Shown: positions 22,802-37,800, counted from the stretch's first letter. The stretch is DNA of 64,000 nucleotides from Lepidodermella squamata (GCA_047495785.1 JBLDXI010000015.1:4960001-5024000); one strand, 5' to 3'. Translations and numbers: made by a program. Notes: generated by a model from the letters alone, not told the origin.

Positions 22802-25800
22802 CTACATGTCTGTGCTGTGCACGTGCCGCCGTGTCGCCGCCCGCTGCCCTCCCGCCGGCGCCCGTTGTTGCGGCATATGCGGCGCCGTCTCGACGGGCGG
22901 GTGTTCGCCGCGGCGCCACGACTGGTAGCCGAGGAACAGCGGCTTCTGGCTGCGGCTCATCATCAGCACCTGACTGCCCATCCACTTCATCGATACGTCT
23001 ATCGTCGACGGCGAGCCTACGTCAGGTCGCTGGCGGCTGCAAGTTGGCGACGACGACGACGAGCACGTGGCCGATGTCGATGTCGACGACGAAGCGGTTG
23101 ACGCGTCGTGGCGACGATGGCGGCGCCGCAACACGACAAAGGCAGCCGACAGACCGGCGCCAGCTACCACAAGCACGGCGCAAAGAATAGCCGGTAGTAG
23201 AACTTCAACTGTAAGAAAAAACCGCAATTATAGCCAAAAAAATCAAATTCTTAAATTTGCTTACATTGGTGAATCTTTCCAGCAATCATATCAGCGCCAG
23301 GCCGAGGCGCAGCCATGAGGGCTGGTGTTCCTGGCAAGGCAGTGCTGGTCGGGCATTCGTATGTCGGGTCGCTGATAGCTATACAAAAACGTACAATTTA
23401 GCAATTGAATCGAGAAAAAAATGAAAATAATGACTTACTGAGATTGTAGCCGAATGGGCGGCATTCAAAGCCGAGGTCAGGGAAGGCGCGGCGCTCTTCG
23501 GGCAACGCAACGCGGAAGCCGTCGCGGCACCGGCAAACTCCGCCAGCGCACTCCTGGTCGTACCAACCGAAGTAGCATTCGTCGGTGGCGGCGCAACGTT
23601 CGCCGAGCAGCGCGTAGCGTCGACCGGGTGCTGTAGCCGTTGGTTTGCAGCGCCGACCGTCACTAGCCGGTTCCCATTGCGACACGCAGCTGCACACGCC
23701 CTGCGCCGAGCAGTACGAACTGAACGCGCCGCACGTCACCGACTCGTCGCAACGCTGGTTGAGCTGCGACGTCGGCAGGCACTTGGTGCGCTTCTCGTTC
23801 GGCCAGAAGCCGTCGGCGCAAACGCAAGCCGGCGAGAAGCAGTTGCGCTGCAAGCAGTCTGAGTTGGCCGGGCACATGGTGTTTTCATTGCACGGGCTGT
23901 AGACCTTCTCCTGCTCGTTGTAGACGTAGGCCTCAAGCGCCGGCGATTTGAGCTTCGGACGCAGGCGTGCAAAGCTGGTCGGCTCTCCGACACGCACCGA
24001 CGAGTGGTAGGTTGGCTCTGAGATGGTGTCGACGAGCAGCGACTCCGCAACACGGTCTGATGAATCGCCGTAAGGAATGACGGCTGGACCAGCGGCGTCG
24101 TAATGCACACCGACCATGTCACCGACGAGGGCGAGGATCTGCGATTCAGAGTCAACGTGGTACTCGTTGATGCCAACTTGCGTCGTTACAAACGAGTTGA
24201 AGCCGACAAGCGCGTATTGGTTGTTACCGACGCGGCGCCAAATGTCGAAGTAGACGCGGTGGCCAACGGGTTGGCGGCTGTCAAATCGCCACCACTTGAC
24301 GAGACCAGAGCACAGAATCGGCTTAGACACGTAGATCTCGAGGTTGGCAGATGTCTTCGTGTACTGGACCTCGGGCAGCTTGAACCAGTTGCATTTGACG
24401 ATGGGCACGCAGCGTGGGATCGGCGACCAGAAACCGTCCGGCTGGCACGTGATCGTTGCTGTTGAGTCGGTGCGAACTGCGCCGAGCACGCCCGTGTCAG
24501 TCGGGCCGTCCATCGAGTAGCCAGGCTTGCATGTGTAGGTGTAGCGAGAGCCCTGAATGACATCTTGCCCGCTGATGTCGGCGAACGAGATGAGTGGCGG
24601 CGGTCCGCAATGAACATAGGTTGCCTGGACAACGGCTTGCAGACTGGGGATGCGCCATTTCTTGTACAACGGGCCTGTCATGTCGATGAGGCCGTTCTGG
24701 CCGAGGATTCGCGTGTGATCAATGTCCTTGGCATAACCGTCGAACAACTGCTCGCGGCTCCAAGGCGTTGGGTCGACCTCGGAAGCGTGCGGGATGACCA
24801 TGAACTCTTCGGGCAGTTTCGACGAGTCGTAGTGAATACCGACGACGTAGCCCTTCTTGACAACAATAGTCTCGTAGTCCTTGACGACGTATTCTTCAAG
24901 GCCGACACGTGTTGTAACGATTTTGTTGAAGCCGACGAGCTGGAACTCGTGCTCGTTGATGGGCTGCCACACGCCGAAGTAGACGGTCATTCCGAAGCGG
25001 CGGCTGTAGTAGCGCCACGCCGTAACCGCACCGTCGCAGTTGAATGTCATCGTGGTGAAAATCCACAGATAAGAACCGACTGAACGGAGAGCCAGTGGTG
25101 GCGGGTCGAATCCTGCCTTGCATTGCACTGTAACCGGGAAAATAAAAGCAATATTAACATCAGATTCTCACAAATCCTGCAATCGCAGCGATAAGGCACT
25201 CGCAAAACTGAAACATGCGCTTTTTGAGCAAAAACACGCTGAATAGGCGCGCATCAATCATTCGAGGCAGGAAAGTAATTTGAAGCTCAGTTGGCGGCAA
25301 ATAGTTTCAAACAAGAGAATCACGCAGAGAAAACACTCTATTTACCGTAAGTTGTGGTAGCTGAAAAATAAATTAATTCATTAGGACGATCGTGAATTTT
25401 TCGTGCCTAATTCTTGCCACTATATGGGTAATGGGGGACCAGATGGAAATCACTGACGAATGCAACCGCGCGCGTTTTTTTCATCAGAAGAAACTTTACC
25501 CTTTGGCTGGCAAATGGGCGCCGTCGTCCATTGGCGCGTGTCGCTTTGGCACACAGCAACTTCGGGGCCAAGTCGCGAGAAGTTGTCGTAGCACTGATAG
25601 TGCGCCGAATCGCCCGCGTCCGTCGTTCCCTGGTCGAGAACGTAGCGGCCGTAGACAACAGGCGGCGGCAGGCCACATCCAGACATGACTGCATTGCCAA
25701 ACAGATGCGAAAGAGAAGAAAGAAAAGCCAAACGTTAAGCACAGATGAAGACAGCCAAAAAGCGGGGGAAAAACTTACACATAGCATTAGCGACAAGGGC

Positions 25801-28800
25801 GGGTGTCCTGCGCTGCTTTTTCACCGGCCGTTTGAATGAGAAGTAGATGAAACGACGCAGTTCTTCAACAAGCGCCGTATGGTTGATGGCGCGGTCGTTG
25901 TAGTCGAAAAGCGGCGTGCCTGGCGAGTCGAATAAAACAGGCATGGACGACATGTTACCGAGCGCGGCTTGGTCCGGCTGTGGGATGGCGTCGAAGTACG
26001 GAATGACTCCGTCGTTGATCACGTCCTCGTAGTGAATACCAACAAAGTAGTCGGCATCCACCATGATGCGCTCGCTCTTCGGCACTTCGTACTTCTGCAG
26101 GCCAGCGCCTTGCACGAAAACGCGGTTGGAGCCGATCAGTTGGTACAGATCGGCGCCAACTTTGCGCCAAATATCGAAGTAGACAACGGTCGGTGTCGAG
26201 CTGGTAGAGTAGAAGTCCCACCGGTTGATGATACCCTTGCACGCGAAAGTCATCGTAGTGAAGGCATTCAACCACCGGCCCGACTGCTTGCCCGATCGGC
26301 TGAGCAGCGACGGCGAGTAGCCGGCCGCGCAATCCGGAGCGTCACCAGCTAGATGAGGGGAAATTCAAGCGAAAAAATTCAAGTCATGCCACTCAGAGCG
26401 ATAGAATTTTTTTTAAGCAAATATCAAGCAAAGAAGAGAAAGTAAGAAGCGTTTCACACAAAGCGGTTTAAAAGCTGTTCAATTAACGCGGATCGTCGGT
26501 TTGATTTAGCGGAATATTGCTCAGGTACCACAGGCCCCATGGGTTTTGAAATTTAGACTAAAAACATGACTTACCAGTGCAGGTTGGCAATTGAGACCAG
26601 AGCCCTGAATCTTGGCATACGACATTAGCATCGCCGATCATGCGGAAGCTGGGGCGGCACGTGTAGGTGATCACTTGGCCGATCGTCGAGCTCGCCACAT
26701 TTGTGTTGGGATCAGCGTCACGAATCTTCGGCGCCGGGCCGCAACTAGCCGTCGATTTAACGGTCAGTTGAACAGCCGGAATTCGACGTTTCACGTTTGA
26801 GCCGAGTGAGAACCAGCCCTGGGTTTGCAACGCTCGCTTTATCGTTGGGTCGTACTCAGGCTGGACATAGCAATCGTAGAGATCGGACGGCTGGAACGGG
26901 CCGGAATTGACCTCGTCCGCCCACGGTATGACAGCAGTAGAGCCAGGTTTCGAGTAATGAATACCGACAAAGTCGTCCGGTTGAACAGGTACGCGTTGAT
27001 CGGGAGCTAGTTCAAGCACAACACGACCCTTTTGCGTGGCGTTCCAACGATAAGCCGTGACCAACTCGTAGCGATTCGTCATGAGACGGCGCCAGATATC
27101 GATCATAACCTCGGATCCATCGTCGCGAACGCTCAGGAAAATGATTTTATCGACTTCACCCGTGCATGCGACTCGGAGTTGTGGGCAAGCGACCATTTCA
27201 TTAGTCGGCGGCACTGATAGAACAGCATCGGAGCGGGTTGGAACGGTCGGCCCGGCTCGGCAGCGTGAATCCGGAACAGCGACGCACTCCGGTTGGTAGG
27301 GCTGCGTGAATTGACCGGCGACGCAGGAAATCAACAACGGACCGGCGTATTCGAAGCCGGGGGCGCAGTTGTAGACGAAGCTGTTGGCGACAGGGCCCGG
27401 CTGCGGGATGGCGTTGGCTACCAGGGGTGGCAGGCCGCAGCTGAGAGCTGGCGGGGCGCCCGTTGGCAGGTTGTCCGGGGCGTTGCGGAGGCCGCCGAGG
27501 CATTGTGGCGCAGGTGACCACTGGCCGTTCGGGGCGCATTCAATGTAAGGCAGGCCAACAAGTTGGTAAGTCGCGTTGCAAGCAACTGGAAGCCTTGTAC
27601 CAACGGCTGATGACCCGCTGGTCACAACTTGGCCATTAGCAACTGTTGGCGCGATTCCACATCCCGATATCGCAGCACCTGAAAAAATTGGTAAAATTGT
27701 GTTAGATACCAGTTTGAACTTGCACCCTTTTGTATCATATAACGAGCAGTTAGTTAATTATATATTAATTGTTTAATTAGATTCCAAGGCATTTTATAGC
27801 AAGACGCCGCAAGCTTGTACACATGCTCGATAATTACTTTGCGCGCCGCCGACGTTGAGTCGGAACGAGTAGAGCCGTTTCACTGGGCTGAAATTTTCGA
27901 TGCGAACGTTGCCGAAAATTCGCAACAACTCCTGAACATCGTTGCGCTCAAGCGGCGCAGTTCGGCAGTCTTGCAAATCGACAGGCTGGAATCCGTTCAG
28001 CTTCTGCTCGTTGGCGTACGGCACAGCACCGTGCCAGTCGAGGTCTTCGTAGTAGATGCCGAGGAAATCGCCAGTTTGCACAGCGAAGCGCTCGTTGGCC
28101 GGCAGTTCGTACGTCTGCTGGCCAATTTGCGTCGCGTTGATGCGGCTCGTGCCGACCAGGCTGATGGTGCCGTTGCCGTTGTCACGCCACACGCTCAAGT
28201 AGAACGCGGACGCTTCGTCAACAAGGCTCTGGTACTCCCATGACAGCGCCTGGCCTGGGCACGTTACAACCTGGGACGGGCAAACGTTCATCCAACTCGC
28301 CGGCGCAGCAAGTTCTTCCGGCTTCAGGATCAACTTTGACGGGCCGATTTGCGCCGAGCACGGTTTGGTATCCGGTATTTTCGCTGGGATGATGAATTCA
28401 CGCAAAAATTAATTCGAGGATTATTTTAAAAAATGCGCGCGCCCAAAGCTGAGAATTATTAAGGTGGATGCTCACCTACGCAAATGGGTGGCGTCGACCA
28501 GACCAAGCCTGGTAGACAAATCACCCGTGCGGCGCCGAAAAGCGTCGAATTTCCATTACACGTGTACTGAACAAACTCGCCAATTGCCGTCGAAGTTGGT
28601 TGAGCGATCAGCGAGCCTCCAGTAACCTTAGGAGGAGCCGGACACATTGGCGCAGCTGCGCAAATGAAGGCATATTATTATTTATCGATTTCAATCCAAC
28701 TCGCGAATACCCCAAAAGCGTTAATATTACACCAAAGCTTATTTTGCGTGAAAAAATAGAAACCTGCGCAAGATGGCGGCGCGCTCCATTTGCCGTCGGG

Positions 28801-31800
28801 TCCACACGTAATGGTGGCGTTGCCAACCAATGTGTAGCCCGAGCGGCACGCGACCGTTACCTCGGTAGCTGACGGACTGCCAACGATGGCCGCATTAATT
28901 ACAGTGGGCATTGGGCCACACTGAATTTCAACAACTTCACAGTTCAAACACACAGGTTAGGATTGTATTAAGGAGGAGAGTTGGGGGTTTTGTGTTACCT
29001 TGGACGTAAGCCCGCAGGAAAGGCACACGACGCAGCTGCGCGTCGCCAATAAGCACCCGGCCGTATCGTGACATTGCATCGACAATATCGGCGCGGAACT
29101 TGGGCGTCGCAGCGCACGTGTAGAAGTCGCCTGTTTGGAAGCCGTACGTGTTCTTCTGGTCAGCGAACGGAACCACGCCGTGGCGATCAGGCCGTTCGTA
29201 AAAGATGCCCACAAAATCACCGGCTTGAACGCGGAAACGGTCGAAGGTAGGCACGGAGTAAATCTAATTAAACAAAATTATCAGCTTTTCTCGTAATAAG
29301 TTGGCATGTGAATCATTACTATTCGGCCTTGGCTCGACGAGTTGTACGCGTTGTAACCGATCAATCGGTAATTAATGTCATTTTCGGAATCTCGCCGCCA
29401 TACAGCAAAGTAGACGGTAGTCGGGAAATCGGAGGCCGAGTAGAACTCCCAGCTAGCGACTTCACCATCGCAGTCGAATGCCATGTCTGGGCAGGCGTTC
29501 ATATACGTTCCAGGGTGTTCGATGGTTGTCACAGTCTTCCAATCACGCCCAGCTACGCACTGGTTCGAACCAGCTGTGGAAATCAACGACAAACAAACAA
29601 GTCAACACAAGCTCTCATTTCGAAATCGAAAGAATGTAACCCAAAAGCACAGAGTGTTGTTAGTGAAATTTGTTAAGAGTCCCAAAGTAAGAAAGAAAGT
29701 GAAAAGCAACACGTGTTTTGTTCGGGGTGCTATTAACCTGGTTGGCAATAAGGCAACGGCGACCAGTCGCCCGTCGCCAGGCAAATGACTGTGCCGGAGC
29801 CGGTGAGGTTGTAGCCGGTCTGGCACTGGAACTCGACCGTGTCACGCACGGCCGATAGACGCGTCGGGAACGATTTAACAGGCATGGCGTTCATCACCAA
29901 CGGGATCGGACCACAGGTCGCGATCGCCGTGGTCGTCCTAGTCACGAGTGGCGACTGTGTGGTGGTGATATTGGGCCCAACTAAACATGCACACACAATC
30001 ATCAGTAAGACGCATCACAATTACGATCTATTCGAGAAACCAAATCAAGTCTCAAAAATGAAGCTTACCGCAGTAGGGTGCAGTTGTCCAGTTGTTATCG
30101 GTTCCACACATAATCGACGGCTGTCCAACCATTTTAGCCGGAGGTGTGCAGGTGTAAGTCGCCGTAGATCCAACTGAAGTGGCTGCTCCAGTGAATGTTG
30201 CGCCAACTACAATAGGAATTGGCCCGCAGCCTTGTGACGCTGATAGAAAAATCAGGAAAATAATCAATACACGTTCAATGAACAACCCGAATTGAGTTAA
30301 TGTTAAACACCAAAAGCTTAGATATTAAACCCAAAGCGCGCGCGTCGAACACCCTGCACTTACGGACTACTTCGGCTTGCAAGCCGTAGAGACGCGTCAC
30401 AGATGGACCGGGGACGTTGACCTGGCCACGCATCGCGACTTGCTTCAGAATGTCACTCCGATAGATTTCAGTATCGACACAGTTATACAAGTCACTCTGC
30501 GAGTACTGACCGCGCTGGTTTGAGCTCACAAATGGTATAACACCGTACAAATCAGCTTGTTCGTAGAAAATGCCGACAAAGTCACCCTTCCGTACGGTTA
30601 TACGGTCGGGTTTGGCGATCTGTATAAGCTCCTGACCGATGCGAGTTGCATTCGCCAAATTGTACCCAACGAGGACGAAATCATTCGGGGTAGCATCGGC
30701 TTTTTCCGAGCGGCGCCAAACGCTCAGATAGACCGAGGTGCCGTCGTCCAAGATGCTGTAGAAGTTCCAACTGGCGATTTGGCCGTCGCATGGGATAGTC
30801 AAACCCGGGCAAACATTCAGCCAAGTTCCTGGCAAACCAGGCGCGCGGGTGAACGCGTAAGACGGTACAATTTGCCCGACGATGCAAGATTTCGAATCTT
30901 ATTAAGAAATTAATCCAAGTTATTAAATCCGAGAAATGGTAATTAAGCTAAACCCGAAGCGAAATAATGCAAGATAAAAACCTCTGCAAAACGGCGGGTC
31001 ACTCCACGTCAGGTTATCCTGGCAATAAATCTGTGACTTTCCAACCAGTGTGTACTCGGGACTGCATGCGTAGGTGACAATAGCACCAACTTTACGACTA
31101 GTGCCCGTTTGGGTGGCATACGGGACAAACGGGGCGTCCTGGCACACCTTAATGCCTGTATGAACAATTTATATTTCAGTTTGATTCAATGTTAACTCGA
31201 GTTATTAATGAGCGCAAGTAATCCCAAGCTTGATTTCTATTAGTATCAGGACGCCAAACGAACCAGAAACGAAAGCCTGGACTGATGGGATGCGGCGAGG
31301 GTACTCGGTTTCGACCGTAAAGTAACCCTGGGTCGACTGCTGTCCCATAATAGCTGGCGAGTACTTCTTGCTAGTTATGCACTGTACAAGGTCGCGTTCT
31401 TGGAAATTGAGCAGTTTGCTGGAGTCGACAAATGGAATGACAGGCGAATCATTGGCGCGGTCGTAGAAAATGGCGACAAAATCGCCCTTTTTAACCACGA
31501 TTCGACTCTGCGGCTCGACGTAGTAGGTTACCTTGCCGCGTACATTCGCGATGTACTTGTTGGTGCCGACTAGTACGAACCGCTCGGCATTAGGAGCCGT
31601 TCGTCGAACTACAGCCAACGTTACTTGGGTGCCGTCGGCTGCGTCAGAGTACAAGTCCCATCTCTCTATTTCGCCGTCACAGGTGAAGACAAGTCCCGGG
31701 CATACATGCAGGTCTGTGTTCGCGTCATTCGCCTTCACATTAGGCACAGGCAAGCCACCAGTGCAAAGGGCAGAGGGCGCAGCTGAATGGGTGTTCAAGT

Positions 31801-34800
31801 TACACAGTCGCAAATTAATTACTCGTAAGTGATAAATTTAGTTATTAAAATAATATTATAACCCCAAAACACTCTGAATGCGTTGATCGAAAATTAAACC
31901 GGAGGGAAGCTCTTTTCATGCAATCAAACCTTCAACTCGCGATCTTTCTGGGGCCTTTCGCGGCTTCGGCTGGGTTGTGCCATTAAGCGGCTTAGCCGTG
32001 GAAAGACTTTCCACGCACGTGACCACCCCAACCCAAACACCGCGGCGACACTCCAGTTTATTTTCGGAGACCGGGTCGAAGCCGGACAGGCAGTAGTAGA
32101 TAACAACACTGCCATCACGTGGCGCTCCGACATAATGAGGCACAGCTACACTTCCTTTGAACGTAGGCAACGGCTCGATGCAAAGTGGATCTGAAATAAA
32201 ATTGGCAAAAATCAGAATTGGGCAAGGAAACGGCATTATATCAGGGGTGAGTGATGGGCATGCTTGTTAACTATAGGGTAGAGCCATATTATTATACAAC
32301 CGCTACACCCGTGATGACTGAAAAAGCGGAGCCTACTGTTTCTGAATAAGCACGGGCTGTAAGCGAAGATGTCTTTGCGTCTGAATAGGGCATTCTGCCA
32401 ATAGGGCAGGGCCTGCGAAGCATCGCACCCCGTTCCAGGCGGTTCATCGTAGTCTTAATAAAGCATTATTTATCAGCAATTATTTGCGGTTTTCAATATT
32501 TGGCGAGTAATTTTGTCGTAATAAAGCTTGATACGTACCATCGTTGTTGAGGCGAATGTTGTTGGCGGGATTGTTTGAACGTGGCCAGGAATTAACAGGG
32601 AAATTCTTGCCACCCAGACACACAGGCAGCTGAGACCATAGGCCGCTAGCTAGGCATTGGATCACAAGTTCGCCAACCGGTTCCAGGCCCTCGTCACACA
32701 CGTACTCGGCCGTGTCTCCAGGACGGGAGACGTTGCCATCGACAGCGAACGGCAGTAGTGTCGCGTTGGCAACATACGGCGGGGATCCACAAGTAATTGT
32801 AGGCGCTCGAGGTACGCAATCAGGTGCCGGGGTCCAATGCCCGGTCGTCGTGCAATGAATATTCGAAGGCCCTTTAATTTCGTAACCCTCCATGCAAATA
32901 ACGTCGGCCCGGTCACCTTCAACCGCGGTCATTCCACTGAAATACGGCCAAACACTTCCGTGGGCAATTGCAGGCAACTCTCCGCATTGAACTGAAACAA
33001 TTGATAGACCAGTATTATTAAAAAATTATGCTGTAGATTGAAAACTCACTTTTGCAAACGGGTAGTGGTTGAGACCAAGAGCCTTTATCGGTGCAAAGGA
33101 TTGTCGCATCTCCGTTGAGCGAGAAACCCGGGGAGCAGGTTACGGTTGCTTTGTTTCCAACATGGCTGTGGTTTCCCTCGTACTGCGGCACCGCCATTCC
33201 ATTGGCAATGAACGGCATCGGGTCACAGGAACGCCGCGCTGGCTGAGGGACGCAATGCGGAGCAGTAGACCAACGCCCTGTGCCGAGGCATGTTGTAACA
33301 GCGGGGCCCACCAGGATGAAACCTGGTTGGCAAACGAAGTAGATCGAATCGCCGACAAGAGACAGCGCACGTCCGTAGAAAGATGTCGTTTGAACTGAAT
33401 TCTTAACTTCCGGACCTTCGCCACACGAGACCTGGCATGATGGCGCCTCAGACCAGGTATTGGAGTCCGAGCAAGTCACGCGGGGATTGCCGATCAGAGC
33501 ATAACCACTTAGACATTCGAAAACAACGGAATCACCTGGGTGGCTCACTGATTCGAAAAACATGGGTCGAACTACAGAATTAGCTACGACAGGGACTTCA
33601 CCACAGCCGCCACTTGATGTTCGAGAGGTGGTTTTCAAGCAGTTAGGTGTCGGCGTCCACAGTCCATTCGGCTGGCAAAGAGAAACGGCTGGTCCGTGAA
33701 GAACAAAGCCATCATTGCAGGTGTAAGTAACAGCGTCGCCTTCAATGCTCGACCGGTTCGTGTACGGAGTCGCAACTTGCGAGTTGGGTATATTGACAGG
33801 ATTACCACATGAAGTTTTACAAGTCGGCAGGAACGGGTACCAGGCACCTGAAGGGGTGCAGTGAACAATGTCTGAACCTAGCAGGGTGTAGCCACGGATG
33901 CATCTGTAGCGAACGCTGTCGTTGACTCGACTGTTATTGGCGATGAAAGTAGTCAAAATCTCGCTGTTGACGACCATAGGTGGGCCGCCGCAACCACGGT
34001 TAATGTTTTCACAAGTCGGAAGGTCCGTCCATTGGCCGGGGGTGACGCAGAAAACAAGAGACGGGCCGCGTATCTCATGCCCGGCGTTGCAAACTACCAG
34101 CAATGAGTCACCTTCAACGGCTTTCGGCGTCGCGTACATGAGATCAAGCCGAGCGTTTCCGATGGTTGGAGGTTTAGGGCAAACTGCTTTACAAGTCGGT
34201 GGGTTGGACCATTCGCCATTCTCGAGGCAAACGACCTGAGCCGAGCCCGCCATCACGAAGCCGGAATTGCACGTGTAATCCGCCGAAGTTCCGATAGGGT
34301 GGGTAAACTTGTTGAAGGAAAGAAGGTCGACCCCGGGCGCCGGTTCATTGTGCACGCGGACGATGCTGTTCGGTACCTGAGGCGGTAAGCCACAGCGAAC
34401 TTGCACTTTGCAGACCGAGCCTGGCTGAGACCACGTTCCGTCATCTTGGCAAACAACTTTCAGCGACGTGTTATCAACTGCTGATTCGTAGCCTTCGACG
34501 CAATCGTACGTGACGACTAGCCCTCGCGGTGGGTGAATCGGAATGGTGTTCAACGGCGAGATGGCAGCTTTCGGCAACATTGGAGGCGGGGGACAAACGA
34601 CTAAAAATAAGAAAAATAAATTAGGGCCAAGTCGATAGAAATCCCAGTAAAAAATTGCGTAAAACAAAGCGAAATATCACACATGAGAAGAAATATGGCA
34701 TAACATGTTCTGTTATTTCGTCCAAAAGCAGAGATAGAATAGATGGCTCAGATAATATTTTGTTACCGAAGCAGCAAGCGATATCGTTTCTTTTCGCGGG

Positions 34801-37800
34801 ATATTTTACCTTTCAATTTCTCAGCTGATTTTCACTGCAGTCGACCGGAACGCGGCTACCCGTCGGTGAGCTAAAACCTAGGTTAAGAAGCTTCCCAAAC
34901 CCGATTTCTTTTCTCTTCAACGCATTACAACAGTGTTTGACCGATTTTTTCAGGTAAATTATAAAATAATTAAATAAGAAATAAGCACCTTTGATGTGAG
35001 CTTTCCAGCTGTAAACACGTTTAACAGGTACACCAGTAACAACCACGCCACCTTGTCGAGCCATTTGGTTGTTGATATCTTGCCTGAAGGCACGTTGAGA
35101 CACGCATGACCGCAGTTCATTGGCCGAATAGCCACCCAGCGTCTGGCTGTCTCGGCTGTCAGCGAAGGGTACAACGCCAGGGCTGTTCTCGTTCTCGTAA
35201 AACAGACCGATAATGTCACCACGGCGGACGAGGATGCGCTCTCCGACCGGTACGACAGACAGTAAGGGTCCGGTTTTGGTCGCGTTGACAGCGTTGTAGC
35301 CGATCAGTTTGTACAGCGAACCCTCCTGACGCCATACAGACAGGTAAACGGGTGTCATGTCATTGCGAAGGCTCAACACCTCCCAGCGCTCGATTTCACC
35401 GTCACAAGGCACGACCTCGTCCGGGCAGATGTTCAACCAGTTGCCAGGGTCTGGCAAAACGTTGGGATTGCTTGCGTATAGCGTCGGCCCAACACTGCAA
35501 CCAGGCGATTCTGAAATAATTTTTCAATAATAATTACGCTGATTCAACTTGAAATGCGACAAACCATCGCAAACAGGCGCGTCTGACCAGAGATTTCCGG
35601 GTAAACACGTGATAGCAGAAATTCCCTGAAGTGTGTAGCCATTGCTGCACGAGTACATGGCCGTGTCGCCAATGAGGCTGTCACGGCCGCTGTAAGACGT
35701 GCGGACAGACGAGTTCGGCACGCTGGGGGGTGGTCCACAGGTTCCACGAGCTGAAATAATGATAGAAACAACGCATTAGTACATGTTAGATATTTCAATG
35801 AACCCGCGAAATAATAACCAAAAGCAATATAATACGACACCGAAATTTCCCAACAAGCTCTTCGGCGACTCAAAAGCCTCGACTCGGGTCAAACCTTCGC
35901 AACGTGGTGCCGGCGACCACTGTCCGTTGGCATTGCAGACGATGGTGTCAGGTCCACGAATCGAGAATCCGGGCAAACAGCGGAATCGAACGACAGAACC
36001 GATTTCCGAACTTTCACCGAACTGAGACGAGTTCGACACGGTCGGAATAGGGCCGCAAGTCGGAACGGCCTGGATGTAGGCCTTCCACTCATAGACGCGG
36101 CGGACGTTTGGATCGATAAGTGTGACGTAGTTTTTGTTTCGCATCTGTGACGACACTTCGTAGCCAAACATGCGAATTGAGATGCAGTCGACAACGTCTG
36201 ACGCGGCGAATGTCCGTCGGTTATCCATGGTGCCGTACGGCACGACACCCCGCGAAAATTCTGAGTCGTAGTACAAGCCGAGGAAATCGCCAGGCTGTAC
36301 GTAGATTCGCTTATCCGCCGGCACGTCGTAGACAATGCGTCCGATGTTAGTCGCGTTGACGACGTTCGAACCGACCAGATAGAAATTGTTCTGGCCAATG
36401 CGCCGCCAAACGCCGAGATACACCGAGCCAGAGTCGATATTGGAGTAAAACTCCCACCGGCTCAATTGGCCCGAGCACTGGAAACTAACGGACGGGCAAA
36501 TGTTGAGCCAGTTGCCTGGGTCGACCAGCTGCTGGGTGGGCGGGTTTGACCCCGTTAAAACCCCAGCGCCAGCTGTGCAAGCGGTCGATGCCAGGCAAGT
36601 CGGTGGTTCGGACCACGTTCCGCTGTTAAGGCAGGTTACCGATAGATTACCCGAGGGCGTCCCTCCTCCGATACAGGTATAAGAAACCATGTCTCCTGGT
36701 CGCGAGTCACGACCCGACCACGACAAAGCAGTAACCTGTCCATTCGCGACAGCAGGCGCTTGTCCACAAGTCGATGAAGCTGTGAATTTTCAATTCAAAA
36801 CGGAAAATGTTTAAAATCAGCCCGATAAACAACAACGTGAATCCCGCGCGCGTTTTCTACACCAAAAGCTGGGTCTACCATTCTACCTGAGCAAGTTGGG
36901 AAGTCGCTCCAGACACCCTGTTGGGTGCACGTGATAGTCGTCGGGCCGCTGAGCTGGTAACCGGGCGAACAGCGAACATTGATGACAGCGCCCAGCTTAT
37001 TACTGGCGCCACTGACCGCGCCGCCTCTGATGTCCGGAATCGGGCCGCAGTCAGTTGGACTACCCGGGGCAATGAAGCCTTGAACGCTGGGTATACGACT
37101 GACGAAATTTGTTGTAGCTGTCAAGTAGCCGACGGTGTTCATCGCCCTTTGCACGTCAACTTGGTTGAGCGGGAAATTGAGGCACTGGTACAACTGGCCC
37201 TGGGTGAATGGGCCGAGGTTGTCGGGTGCCGCGAAAGGGATGACACCAGTTCGGAACTTGTGGTCGTAGTAGATTCCCACAAAGTCGCCCGCATTAACGT
37301 AGATTTGTTCGTTTTCGGGTACAACGAATCTGATGAGGCCGAGACGCGTCGCGTTGTAGACGTTATAACCGACCAGTTGGTACTTGGACGGCGACGTTGT
37401 GCGCCAAACTGACAGGTAAACAGAGGTACCGTCGTCACGTACGCTTTGAAACTCCCAGCGCGTAACTTTTCCCGAGCAAGTGAAGTTCATTTGTGGGCAA
37501 AGATGGGCCCACGTCAGGGGTACGTGCAGCGTTTTAGCTGGCACGGCGTACCCAGTCGAGCACGATTTCGGCTGTCCCTCTTCCAACAGGCCTGAATTGT
37601 TTTTTTGTCAAATATCGGTTAAAATGTGATTGGTCAACAAAGAGCGATTCGACTGACGACGACCCCAAGCAAACAAATAATATGGTGGAGAGCTAAAATG
37701 TCGAAACTTACCGACGCAAACAGGTAGGTTGAACCAGAGTCCTGATTGAAGACACGTGACTGTCTCACTGCCTTGCATCGAGTAAGACGGGTTGCAGGCG

